34,620 nt of DNA. It comes from Halorarum halobium. Its GTDB lineage: Archaea > Halobacteriota > Halobacteria > Halobacteriales > Haloferacaceae. The number at the start of each line of letters is the position of its first letter. Positions within the stretch are counted from its first letter, which is position 1. The position numbers and the translations under genes are program-made. The stretch covers positions 124,001-158,620 of the forward strand of contig NZ_CP134950.1 of the NCBI RefSeq assembly GCF_032116555.1, given 5' to 3'. A model generated the notes under the pieces. The model saw only the letters and a list, made by a program, of their open reading frames with translations, did not search any database and was not told the DNA's origin. This document shows, one piece after another, positions 7,140 to 16,466 of this stretch.

Positions 7140-8906
7140 CTAGAACGGCTGGTGTTCGAGGATGTGCTCCATAATGAGCCGTTCGCGGGCGTCCACGAAC
7201 TCTTCGAACGTCATCTCCTTTGCGCCCTCCGGGATATGATGAGTCTGCTTGTAGTCGTCCGTTCTGGAGTTCATCCAGTCCTCGAAGTCATCGTCCGATT
7301 TCATCTTGTTCGTCTTGTCAATCAGTAACTGGAGGTTCCCCACCCGGTCAGCATCTGCTTCTTCGGGGAGAACCGATTTTGGGATGATGTGGTCGATATC
7401 GTAGTCTTTGCCCCGTGCCGGCTCATCGGGGTAGTGTGATAGCTGCAGAAGGAACTCGATGTCGCGCTTCCCGTACTGGAGCTCCTCGAAAAGCGTGGTC
7501 AACTTTTCTTCGGTGAAACGGAGGGAGGTTCCGTAACTGGATGCCACTTCATCACTGATCCGCTCAAGTGGGAACTCCGAGCTCTCTTCCTCTCGGATAA
7601 CATCCCGGACGAGTTCTGCGATCTGGTTCGATGATTGGCTGGTGAATCCGTTGAGTCGGGCTGCACAGATATAGTAGAGAATGTCACGACGTCGCCCGCG
7701 ACCTTTGATTGAGGTCGAATCGAGCGAGGGATTCTCGTTCTGGTAGAGGTAGTAGGCGATAGGTGTGTAGAGGGCGGGACTGAGGATGTAGGTCACCGTC
7801 GGATAGTAACTATTCAGAAGCTCAGCGAGTTGTTCCATCGTGTTCGAGAACGTATCGGTGAGCCAGATCTCCTTCAGATTCCGCAGCAAGTCGAGTGTGT
7901 AGTTGTCGAACCGATACTGGATCTCGTTGCCGTTGATTGCGAGCAGTACCTTCTGGACGTGCTTCGTAGCAAAAGGAGCGTTCCCACCGTCGATGATCCC
8001 GTTCAGTTCGTCGACCATCGAGTGCACCTCGTCCCGTGCGTTGATTTCCGGCGGCTCCTGTTGCCAGCTACTAGTCATCAACGACAGGAGGATTTCGGCA
8101 CGATTCGGTGTCACCCCTCCCTGATTGATCCGTACGAAGACGTCGCGAACACGGGTGATGTCGTTCTCGTCTTCGGTAAAGAAGTGGAGCTTCTCGTCCT
8201 TGTGGACCGCTCGATAGAGGTCCTCGAAATTACGCTGAGCGTTGAGAATCAGACTATCTGAATTCTCTATCTCGGGGTGGTTCTCGACCAGCTCCTGGAT
8301 CTCTCCCTCAATTTCCTGGCGTTCTGCATAGAAATCGTCGTTGTCAGAGATGGACATGATTCGGTTGACTGGATACCAGTATGCATTCGCGGTTGCGGAC
8401 TGCTCAGAGCGGAAGGAGAAGTCGTATTTATTGCCGAGTTCCGAGTCCGCTGTCTGCGGGTCCGAGAGGAGGTTGAGATAGAGTCGCTTCTGAACCCACG
8501 AACTGGCCTTGTTCCGAGGGTGGTTGTGTTTCCGCTCGTAGAATGATCCGGTCAGACCGATATTGAGCGCGGTCAGTCGCTGCTGGCCGTCGAGGACTAG
8601 TTTCACCGGTGACGGGAGTGGGTCTTCAGAATTGTGCGGGGGGTTTCGATGGGTCGGTGTTGTGAGTGACTGGGGAAAATTTGGTTCGTCGACGTAGTGG
8701 GTGACGAAGCGATATTTGGGCTGAGCCTGTGCTTCCTCAGCCGAGAGGTTCCACTGAAGGAGCGCACCGATCGGATAGTCCCGTAACAGGGAATCAAACA
8801 GATCCACGATGTCACTCGTTTCCCAGACGAACTCCCGCTGAATCGCGGGTAAGAGATAAGAATAATTTATGTTTTCCACGACCTCAGCGATCCGCTTGGT
8901 TTCCAT
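7140..8906 (-). CDS. gmrSD: GmrSD-family type IV (modification-dependent) restriction endonuclease, DUF262 + HNH (DUF1524)
   Basis: LPAIQREFVW, DSLLRDYPIG, LVLDGQQRLT, FVRINQGG; C-terminal DIDHIIPKS...GNLQLL...N..KSD. Confidence 0.88.
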   Translation of the reverse strand: METKRIAEVVENINYSYLLPAIQREFVWETSDIVDLFDSLLRDYPIGALLQWNLSAEEAQAQPKYRFVTHYVDEPNFPQSLTTPTHRNPPHNSEDPLPSPVKLVLDGQQRLTALNIGLTGSFYERKHNHPRNKASSWVQKRLYLNLLSDPQTADSELGNKYDFSFRSEQSATANAYWYPVNRIMSISDNDDFYAERQEIEGEIQELVENHPEIENSDSLILNAQRNFEDLYRAVHKDEKLHFFTEDENDITRVRDVFVRINQGGVTPNRAEILLSLMTSSWQQEPPEINARDEVHSMVDELNGIIDGGNAPFATKHVQKVLLAINGNEIQYRFDNYTLDLLRNLKEIWLTDTFSNTMEQLAELLNSYYPTVTYILSPALYTPIAYYLYQNENPSLDSTSIKGRGRRRDILYYICAARLNGFTSQSSNQIAELVRDVIREEESSEFPLERISDEVASSYGTSLRFTEEKLTTLFEELQYGKRDIEFLLQLSHYPDEPARGKDYDIDHIIPKSVLPEEADADRVGNLQLLIDKTNKMKSDDDFEDWMNSRTDDYKQTHHIPEGAKEMTFEEFVDARERLIMEHILEHQPF

Positions 8907-8996
8907 ATTCCGTCTTGTGGTATGCTGGTTTTATATATCTACATAGTGGTGGTCGCCTATCATTTATAACGAAACAGAGCAATTTCTGATACGGAA

Positions 8997-10052
8997 ATGA
9001 GCTTGAATATCCCACTTCCTGCGGGTCTCGGGGACTATGCTTGGCTCGAAACTCTTGTTCAACGTGAAGAAATTGGTCAAACGATTCCTCTCTATATCGA
9101 AGCTGATGACGGGATTGAGGTCGTCGCTGTTTCCCTTCTCTGTGAAGATGATCTTCGGATGATCTACCGGGCACCTAATGGCTGGCAATTGCTCACAGAA
9201 TATGAGTTGTCCGAGGACCCGATTATTCACGTAGACGACCTCCTTGATGCTGTCGTTGCATTTGTGGGAACAGACGCGAGAGTTGTTCAAAAACTCGCTC
9301 AGGAACTCGGTGAGAAGTTAGAGGAGCATTGGAAGATGGGATTTGTTCCGTATAGTCAATCTGGGAAGGGGGACAAATTTGAGGAACTTAGACAGGACTG
9401 CAATTGCTCAGGGATTGACGACCCGTCAATTGAGCGTGTTCCGGGAATGTCCGAAATCGAGGAATCAGCAGAATTTCGCTGCCATAACTGTATGAGCTTA
9501 TATGGTATCGAGTATCAGGGTCGTAGAATCGATCTTGATGAGGTGTTCAGTGCTGAGTGGCTCTTCACGAATTCGACTCCGGATGACATCGTGGAGATCG
9601 GTGCCGAAGATTCATTTCTCGTATATTCTGATGGTCGACCAATAGACAAAACAGAACGAGTCATCGGCGCGATGACTAGCTATGGTGGTGACACGAGTTC
9701 TTCTTTTGCCCGATATATCCCTGAGAACCACCAGGGATTGCTCTATATTCGAGATGACGACGCGGCTGGATACGTCACTTGGGAAGAGCTGGATGGAATA
9801 CAGGTTCTTCGACAGCTGTATGTCCGGGATCATTACCGGCGCCGGGGGATTGCTGAGGAATTGATTCAGACTTGGTGCCAGGAGTACTGCGAGGATGGTG
9901 TCTACTACATCGACGAACCGAACGACAAGAGCCGATCTCTGTTTTCAAAACTGGGTCATATTGACGGTGACGGTGAGTACGAAGCGATCGAACTATACCC
10001 GATTCGCGGAGTCGGAAATAGTCTCGACGGTAGCCAGACTCTCCCTCAATAG
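8997..10052 (+). CDS. GNAT-family acetyltransferase with an uncharacterised, Cys-containing N-terminal region
   Basis: C-terminal LRQLYVRDHYRRRGIAEELI (acetyl-CoA motif A) and YIDEPNDKSRSLFSKLG. Central CNC...CHNC is a possible Zn ribbon. Confidence 0.75.
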   Translation: MSLNIPLPAGLGDYAWLETLVQREEIGQTIPLYIEADDGIEVVAVSLLCEDDLRMIYRAPNGWQLLTEYELSEDPIIHVDDLLDAVVAFVGTDARVVQKLAQELGEKLEEHWKMGFVPYSQSGKGDKFEELRQDCNCSGIDDPSIERVPGMSEIEESAEFRCHNCMSLYGIEYQGRRIDLDEVFSAEWLFTNSTPDDIVEIGAEDSFLVYSDGRPIDKTERVIGAMTSYGGDTSSSFARYIPENHQGLLYIRDDDAAGYVTWEELDGIQVLRQLYVRDHYRRRGIAEELIQTWCQEYCEDGVYYIDEPNDKSRSLFSKLGHIDGDGEYEAIELYPIRGVGNSLDGSQTLPQ

Positions 10053-10073
10053 TTCATCCACGCTCTCATCAAC

Positions 10074-10511
10074 TCAATCAGCCAGGTCTCGAATTCCCTC
10101 TACCACACTCTTTCCTTGCCAACCCACGATCTGATCTGCGTGGTCTTCAACGAAATTGGGCATCTGCTCGTTTCCGCGCGGTGTAACACCCAGAATAGGC
10201 TTGCTCTCGATTTCAGCTAAAATAGTTTCTTTCTTGATCCATTTGCTGTGTGCTACGTACATTCCCCCGAGTATTATTACGACCGTAGCTGGCTTGATCT
10301 GGTCTTCCCGGAGCGCCTGTTCCAGCTCCTCTTCGGTGTCAGCATCGATCTCATCCACCTTCGGTACTGAGTAGTTCCGGAAACTGAAATTCGGGTAGTC
10401 GCGAAGTAGTTCTACCATCCGATTGTACTCGTCGCTGTACTCCCAAGAGTGCGAGATGAACAGTCGGTATTCGCTCCGACGGTTGCTTGAAGATCTGCTG
10501 TTGAAGCTCAT
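10074..10511 (-). CDS. TIR-domain protein (ThsB/MTH538/DUF1863-like)
   Basis: YRLFISHSWEY...NYSVP...IKPATVVIILGG...SKWIKKE (catalytic Glu)...KPILGV...P..V...AD.IVGW. Confidence 0.88.
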   Translation of the reverse strand: MSFNSRSSSNRRSEYRLFISHSWEYSDEYNRMVELLRDYPNFSFRNYSVPKVDEIDADTEEELEQALREDQIKPATVVIILGGMYVAHSKWIKKETILAEIESKPILGVTPRGNEQMPNFVEDHADQIVGWQGKSVVEGIRDLAD

Positions 10512-10638
10512 AACTATATGCGAATTGTTGACGGCTTACCCGTTTAGTACTATGGTCCTCTCTGATGCGGAATCCAAATCTGCCGATATTCCAGGGGGAA
10601 GAACTTATACTATTTAAAAACGGATTGTTCATACGGTT

Positions 10639-11580
10639 ATGAGCCAAGACACCTCCTCCCCATTGAAAACCACCTGGGAGGCTGCGTTTGATGATATTCG
10701 TGGCAGTCCAAACCCCGAATCAGCTGTTCGATTCGTTCTGAAGTCAGCTGTTAACGATCTACCTACCGGATTCTATCGCGATGATGGAGACCGCCTACTG
10801 CCGACCTACAAAGGGAACGATCTCGGAAAGGAGTTCACCGTTCGAGAACTCGGCCCCGTTTATACAGTAACGCAATCTGGGGATAACAGTCTCCCTGAGC
10901 TCAGTTCCTCTCAACCATCGCTCTTCGAGCCGAATGACCAACAGTCGGGCCTTGTCCCGACCGACAATTCCCTGAGCCGCAGTTCTACCGACACTCAGAA
11001 CCAGCAGGGTCTCTCGTCTGGACAAAAAATCGCTGGCGGTGCTTTGCTCCTATATGCTGCCTACAAAGGGCTGGAAGCCTTTGCCTCTGCAGGCTCGTCG
11101 ACTCAAGAGTCCTCTTCCTCCTCAGGCGGAAATACTGGGCAATCACTCCCTCGCTTAGCACGCGCTGCAACTCGACTTGAGGACAAGCAGTACAACGTTT
11201 TTGTCTCCCACTCGTGGGAGTACGACGAACACTACGAGCGTATCGTTGATTTCCTTGATGAGGTTCCGTCGCTCAAGTGGCAGAATCATAGTGTCCCTTC
11301 AACTGACCCCCTGCCCGTGGATACCGAGTCTGCCCTTCGTTCTGAACTCCGGAACCAGATGAAAACGGCGTCGGTTGTCGTCGTAAGTAGTGGAATGTAC
11401 GGTGCTCACAGCACTTGGATCCCGGAGGAGCTGGAACTCGCCGATGAACTGGACAAGCCGGTGATCGCAATCATTCCAGAGGGACAATCGAAGGTCCCCG
11501 AGAAAATCCAAGAAGTCGCAGATACTCAGGTAGGATGGCGAAAGGCCTCGCTTGTCGACGCACTCGCTGAATATGCCTGA
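10639..11580 (+). CDS. TIR-domain protein (ThsB/MTH538-like) with N-terminal extension and putative single TM segment
   Basis: C-terminal YNVFVSHSWEY...NHSVP...ASVVVV...STWIPEE...KPVIAI...AD.QVGW. The hydrophobic stretch IAGGALLLYAAYKGLEAFA lies between Ser-rich linkers. Confidence 0.85.
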   Translation: MSQDTSSPLKTTWEAAFDDIRGSPNPESAVRFVLKSAVNDLPTGFYRDDGDRLLPTYKGNDLGKEFTVRELGPVYTVTQSGDNSLPELSSSQPSLFEPNDQQSGLVPTDNSLSRSSTDTQNQQGLSSGQKIAGGALLLYAAYKGLEAFASAGSSTQESSSSSGGNTGQSLPRLARAATRLEDKQYNVFVSHSWEYDEHYERIVDFLDEVPSLKWQNHSVPSTDPLPVDTESALRSELRNQMKTASVVVVSSGMYGAHSTWIPEELELADELDKPVIAIIPEGQSKVPEKIQEVADTQVGWRKASLVDALAEYA

Positions 11581-12343
11581 TTCAACCGACGAAGCGGCGG
11601 TTGATCTCTCAGAGGATGGCGCCGATACTGACGATGGAGACACGCCCGAAACAGAACCTGAACACTCTGAAGAGGTCACTGGAGGGGACCCTGCTGAGCC
11701 ATCTGAGGAGGAAGATGTTACAACTGGACCGCTGGCTAATCTAAGTGAGGACGAGAAGAATCGACTGATGGAGCAGTACATACATTACGGGGAGGTTGCG
11801 ATCGAGACAGCCAATCAGCGAGTCCAGATGAACCGCTTTTTCGGTCTGATTTTAACCTCGATACTGGCCGGTCTCTTTGCTCTCGCCCGCGGCAATCTCA
11901 CAACCACTAACGCTGCGATCGTTCTCTTCGCATCAGGATTCGGCAGTCTGATTTGCTACTTCTGGTATCAGAGTCTTCAATCATACCGCCGGCTGAACAA
12001 AGCTCGATACGCCATCCTGAATGAGATCGAGTCGGTCCTGCCTGTTCGTATGTATCTCGATGAATGGCGATATTTGAAGCGAGAGAAGCCTGACCCGGAA
12101 ATCGTTGATCCCCGTCCAGCTGAAGATGCTGACCACCGCTCACATACGATTGTGGAACAGTGGTTCGTCCGCCTATTGGCTGCTGGATACATATCTGTCG
12201 GAGGGTATGCCGGAGGATTCATTTTTACTCCCCAAGTGAAGAGGTTCATCCCATCACTGCCGGACCCATCGGTGGTTGGTTTTGGTGTTGGTGGCGTCCT
12301 CTTGCTCGGCTTAGCTATCCTCTTTAGGATTCAAACCCGCTGA
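11573..12343 (+). CDS. 4-TM membrane protein, putative pore-type effector (resembles the RipA-like octameric membrane protein family)
   Basis: Likely start ATG 11573 overlaps the TIR stop. Acidic disordered N-terminus, then QY...R...NRFF-TM1-TM2-ICYFW...SYRRLN.ARY.ILNEIE..LP.....EW, then two more TM segments. The family call is from recalled motifs. Confidence 0.65.
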   Translation: MPDSTDEAAVDLSEDGADTDDGDTPETEPEHSEEVTGGDPAEPSEEEDVTTGPLANLSEDEKNRLMEQYIHYGEVAIETANQRVQMNRFFGLILTSILAGLFALARGNLTTTNAAIVLFASGFGSLICYFWYQSLQSYRRLNKARYAILNEIESVLPVRMYLDEWRYLKREKPDPEIVDPRPAEDADHRSHTIVEQWFVRLLAAGYISVGGYAGGFIFTPQVKRFIPSLPDPSVVGFGVGGVLLLGLAILFRIQTR

Positions 12344-12350
12344 GAATACT

Positions 12351-12572
12351 ATGAGACGCTTCGAAACCGGTGATTCGGTCCGAATCGATATCCCGGACGA
12401 GACAGATCCAGATCACGAGCGCCTCCATGGACGTCGAGGAACAGTCGTTGAGATCATCTCAGACGATGCGGGGGCTGTGACTGATGATCAACGAGAGGGC
12501 TATCTTTTTCGGGTTAAAATCGCTAATGGTGACACCGTTGACGTCCGCTGGCGGGATCTTCGGCCAGTTTGA
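12351..12572 (+). CDS. Small KOW/SH3-like beta-barrel protein
   Basis: 73 aa, FETGDSVRI...HGRRGTVVEI...FRVK...DLRP. Starts 7 bp after the membrane protein gene. Confidence 0.65.
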   Translation: MRRFETGDSVRIDIPDETDPDHERLHGRRGTVVEIISDDAGAVTDDQREGYLFRVKIANGDTVDVRWRDLRPV

Positions 12573-12651
12573 TTGGCTATTGTCTGGTGCTATTTCTGTA
12601 GGGAGGTCACTAAACACTAAGTTCGCGTACTGAATACATCTCTGCATTACG

Positions 12652-15600
12652 ATGCTCTCACTTCCTCCGCTTGTCGATAACGCTAACAGAACACTAGAAG
12701 ACGCTTACAAGCGGATTATTCCTCAGATCGAGGAAGGCCGTATCGCAACTGGCTACTTTTATCTCTCAGGATTTGACCTCTACCGGGAAGACCTTGAAAA
12801 CCTGGCTGACCCCGATGAGCTCGGCCACGCTCCGCTTCGGATTTTGATGGGCCGTCAGACGAATAGGGGAACTGCTGACGAAATCGGTGAGGGACAGAAT
12901 CTCAAAGAGGAGCTCAAAAGAGAGGTGAGAGAAAGCATCTCGGAGCTGAATAACGCTCAAATTGGCCGACTAGACCGGCTACGAGACTTTATCGCCGAAG
13001 GCGAGGTGAGCGTCCGTGTGCGAAATCCTGAAAACGGTTACTTCCACGCAAAGGGTGCCTCATTTCGAGCGCCACTCGAAGATGACGAAGATTGGGGACA
13101 AGACGAGGATGAAGACACCCGCCCATGCGCTACAGTTGTCGGCTCCTCGAACTTCACCAAGAGCGGCCACCAGAACAACATCGAGCTGAACCTCACGAGT
13201 CAGGATCGACACAAGGCCGAAGCGTTCGAGGAGTGGTACGACAACCAGTGGGCCAACGCCGAGGAGTTCAGTGAAGAGATCATCCGAATCATCGAGAACA
13301 GCGAGGAGTACCAGGACTGGAAGGAACAGCAGGAGGACGAGTCCGACCAGGAGACGTCATCTGAGGAGCTGGGCACGTATCTCGAACCGTTCGAGCTCTA
13401 CAAGCTGCTCGCCTACGACGAACTGAGTGGGAACGTCAACATCCGTGACAGCCCACTGTACTACTTCCAGAAGCTCGGGTACGAGAGTGCAAAGGAAAAG
13501 CTTTCACAGTTCAACGGGTGCATCGTCTCCGACTCGGTCGGCCTGGGGAAATCATTTATTGGCGGTGAACTCCTCCACGACTACCGCCAACGTGGCGACC
13601 ACTGTCTCCTCATTGTCCCGGCAAACCTGACTGATCAGTGGGAAGACCTACTCCAGAACGACACTGACGAAGACGGCAATCCGTACTTCGGGTTAGAGGT
13701 AGACGGCACGCACCTTGACGTGATGAGTATCAGCAAGTTCCAGAATCTCTCCTACGACGAGGTGCAGGACCTCAAAGACGAGTTCGACGTCCTGCTTATC
13801 GACGAGGCTCACCGGTTCCGGAACTACGGGAAATGGCGACCGAATCCGGACCACGATGATGACTACAAGGGGACGCGACGACACGCGAATCTCAGGCAAC
13901 TCCGCGGAAAGACGATGATTATGCTGACCGCGACCCCGATTAATAACAGCGCTACCGACCTAAAGAACCTCATCAGCTTGTTCACCAGCCCGGAGGAACT
14001 TCGGAACAAGGCGTCACTCGACTTTGATGCGTTCGACGAATATATCGAACTCTCGGAGACGCGAAAACGCATCGCATCCGGGAAAGAGGAGGTCGGCGAC
14101 GACGAACAGCAAGAAATCACCGAGCAGCTCCAGCGACACTCCTCTGAGATTTCGAATATCCTGAACGAAGTGATGGTTCTCCGGACGCGCAAGCACGTCA
14201 AAGATCAGATTCAGGACAGCGAAGACTTCGAGATGAGCTTCAAGCCGCCGAAACTCAACAAGCAACAGTACTCCCTGCCGGCGGCCTACCAGCCAATATA
14301 TCGGATGCTTCCCGACGTGATGGACGCCCTCCACCTTCCCCACATCACAGTCAAAAATCCGAAAGCAGGGAGCACGCTGAAAGCCCTCTACAAGCTGAAC
14401 CTCCTCAAACGGCTCGAGTCCTCAACGTACGCGTTCGTCCAGTCGATCGAGACGCTGCATCAGAGCGAACGCCAGCTTCTCGGCCTTCTTGGTGAACTCC
14501 CTGAGGACGAAGATATCGATATGCTCCGAACTGTTCGGGAGGGAGATGACTCTGAACTCGGTGACTTTGTCGAAGGAGCCGACGCTGCTGAAGATCTCGA
14601 ACAAACACTCGAAGAATTTGGTTTCGATACCACCGCTATTCAATCGGAAGAAGGAGCTGATACCGAGGGAGATGAACTGGCAGACGCCACCATCGGCGAG
14701 GTGAAGACGTACATTAGGGAGGACCTCACTCTTCTATCGTATTTCCTCTCGCAGTTCATCGGTGATGTCGCCCGGGATGCGGGTGATGTGAGTGATTATG
14801 CGGTTTCCACGCGGCAATGGCTCGCTGACCACGACGCTGGTGTCCTCCCAGATATTCCTGAAGAAGAGATGAATCCGATTCTCTACCCGAATAGTGACTT
14901 GAGCGAAGTCGACCCTGCCACACGCGACTTTTACGAGGCCGTCTTTTCACTCCGCGAGTTCCGCGACCCGAAGATCGACCGACTTGCAGATGTCCTCACG
15001 AATCACGATCAGAAGGTGCTCATCTTCACGCAGTATCGGGCAACTGCAGACTATGTCTATCGAACCCTCTGTGACAACGAGGATTCACCACTCACAGAGG
15101 CGAACAGTGCCGTCGTCAAGGGCGGTGACGAGAATAAGCAGGACATCATTCAACGCTTTGCACCCGAAGCGTCAGGCTACCAGCAAACGCTCGCCGAGTC
15201 GGGGGACTCAGAGCTACAGTACGTAGTGGCCACTGACACGCTGAGTGAAGGGGTTAATCTTCAGGACGTTCATGTGGTGGTCAATTACGACCTGCCGTGG
15301 AACCCGATGCGGATTGTCCAGCGTGTCGGGCGAGTCGACCGGATCGGGAGTACCGCCGAGAAACACGTCCACAACTTCTACCCGGACGGCGACATCGAGG
15401 CGGCGATCAAGCTCCTGAAACGCCTACAGGCAAAGATCAACGATATCGCGCTCATTGTCGGAAAGGAGAACAACATCCTTGATCCGAACGAAGATCAGGT
15501 TCTTGAAAAGACAGGTGTAGATACGGAGAAGACTATCGGGGAATTACAGGTGGACGAGATCGAGGACTCTCTCCAGAAGTCTCGTGAAATTGACGACGTG

Positions 15601-16458
15601 AATGAACTCGACGACACGAGCAAGAATCCGCTCCTCCGCAATGCGGGGAGTAATGAACACGCTGCGTTCGAGCGGTACCTTCTGAAGCGAGAACTGAACG
15701 AGGATTACGACCTGACTGCGGAAGACTTCGAGTACGCTGAGGACTTCTTCGGTGACCCGCCGGAAGAACGGGAATTCCTCTACACGAATGTAACTGACCA
15801 CGATGCAGGTCCTCGTCCGGGCGTATTCGCCCTTGCCCACCTCTGGTTCGACGATGATGACCACGAGTCCCCGCTTGGTCGCGTCCGTCGTGCTTTCTAC
15901 TACAAGCCCTTCGCCGACGAGGTCAAAGAGCGGCCCGTGAGCACGCTCAACATTGACCCTTCAGTTGACGGCGAACCGATTACCGGAAATCCAGAGACGG
16001 TATTATCGAATCGCGGTGAGATTCAAGCAGTACTTGACGAGCGTCTGGAGGTGATTCGAGAAGGCCAAGTTGAGGGTGCTTTCAAACAGGGAGAGGCCTT
16101 CTCGAAGGAACAGGAGACGATCCTCGATTTCATCAGTCACTACGTTCAGCCGAACCACGGCGGTGAGCCAGCTCCTGTCGAAGAGTTCGAAACAATGGGA
16201 GAATGGGCTACCGACATCGAAGAGCGGCTGCAGGAGGTAAAGCTCGCGAACACGGATGAAGACCGAATTCTACGGGAGATCTTTCGCGAGAATGAGCAGT
16301 ACGACTCCTTCCCAGAGTGGCCGACCGGGGAGTTCCTCAGTCAGCTTGAGGAGTTCTTGGAAGAGAACGTCGAAGCCTCTACTGAATACCAGACGAAACT
16401 GATGGGAGAGAGTGATGTACAAGCGAAGCTCGTATGCTGGGGAGTTGTCGGACAGTGA
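12652..16458 (+). CDS. PLD-nuclease domain + SNF2/SF2 helicase (restriction/DISARM DrmD-like partner)
   Basis: IATGYFYLSG, FHAKG...VVGSSNFT...NIELN (PLD HxK); SDSVGLGKS (Walker A), IDEAHRFRN, LTATPINN, KVLIFTQY, ATDTLSEGVNLQ, NYDLPWNPMRIVQRVGRVDRIG. Confidence 0.9.
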   Translation: MLSLPPLVDNANRTLEDAYKRIIPQIEEGRIATGYFYLSGFDLYREDLENLADPDELGHAPLRILMGRQTNRGTADEIGEGQNLKEELKREVRESISELNNAQIGRLDRLRDFIAEGEVSVRVRNPENGYFHAKGASFRAPLEDDEDWGQDEDEDTRPCATVVGSSNFTKSGHQNNIELNLTSQDRHKAEAFEEWYDNQWANAEEFSEEIIRIIENSEEYQDWKEQQEDESDQETSSEELGTYLEPFELYKLLAYDELSGNVNIRDSPLYYFQKLGYESAKEKLSQFNGCIVSDSVGLGKSFIGGELLHDYRQRGDHCLLIVPANLTDQWEDLLQNDTDEDGNPYFGLEVDGTHLDVMSISKFQNLSYDEVQDLKDEFDVLLIDEAHRFRNYGKWRPNPDHDDDYKGTRRHANLRQLRGKTMIMLTATPINNSATDLKNLISLFTSPEELRNKASLDFDAFDEYIELSETRKRIASGKEEVGDDEQQEITEQLQRHSSEISNILNEVMVLRTRKHVKDQIQDSEDFEMSFKPPKLNKQQYSLPAAYQPIYRMLPDVMDALHLPHITVKNPKAGSTLKALYKLNLLKRLESSTYAFVQSIETLHQSERQLLGLLGELPEDEDIDMLRTVREGDDSELGDFVEGADAAEDLEQTLEEFGFDTTAIQSEEGADTEGDELADATIGEVKTYIREDLTLLSYFLSQFIGDVARDAGDVSDYAVSTRQWLADHDAGVLPDIPEEEMNPILYPNSDLSEVDPATRDFYEAVFSLREFRDPKIDRLADVLTNHDQKVLIFTQYRATADYVYRTLCDNEDSPLTEANSAVVKGGDENKQDIIQRFAPEASGYQQTLAESGDSELQYVVATDTLSEGVNLQDVHVVVNYDLPWNPMRIVQRVGRVDRIGSTAEKHVHNFYPDGDIEAAIKLLKRLQAKINDIALIVGKENNILDPNEDQVLEKTGVDTEKTIGELQVDEIEDSLQKSREIDDVNELDDTSKNPLLRNAGSNEHAAFERYLLKRELNEDYDLTAEDFEYAEDFFGDPPEEREFLYTNVTDHDAGPRPGVFALAHLWFDDDDHESPLGRVRRAFYYKPFADEVKERPVSTLNIDPSVDGEPITGNPETVLSNRGEIQAVLDERLEVIREGQVEGAFKQGEAFSKEQETILDFISHYVQPNHGGEPAPVEEFETMGEWATDIEERLQEVKLANTDEDRILREIFRENEQYDSFPEWPTGEFLSQLEEFLEENVEASTEYQTKLMGESDVQAKLVCWGVVGQ

Positions 16459-16466
16459 TTCGGGAG

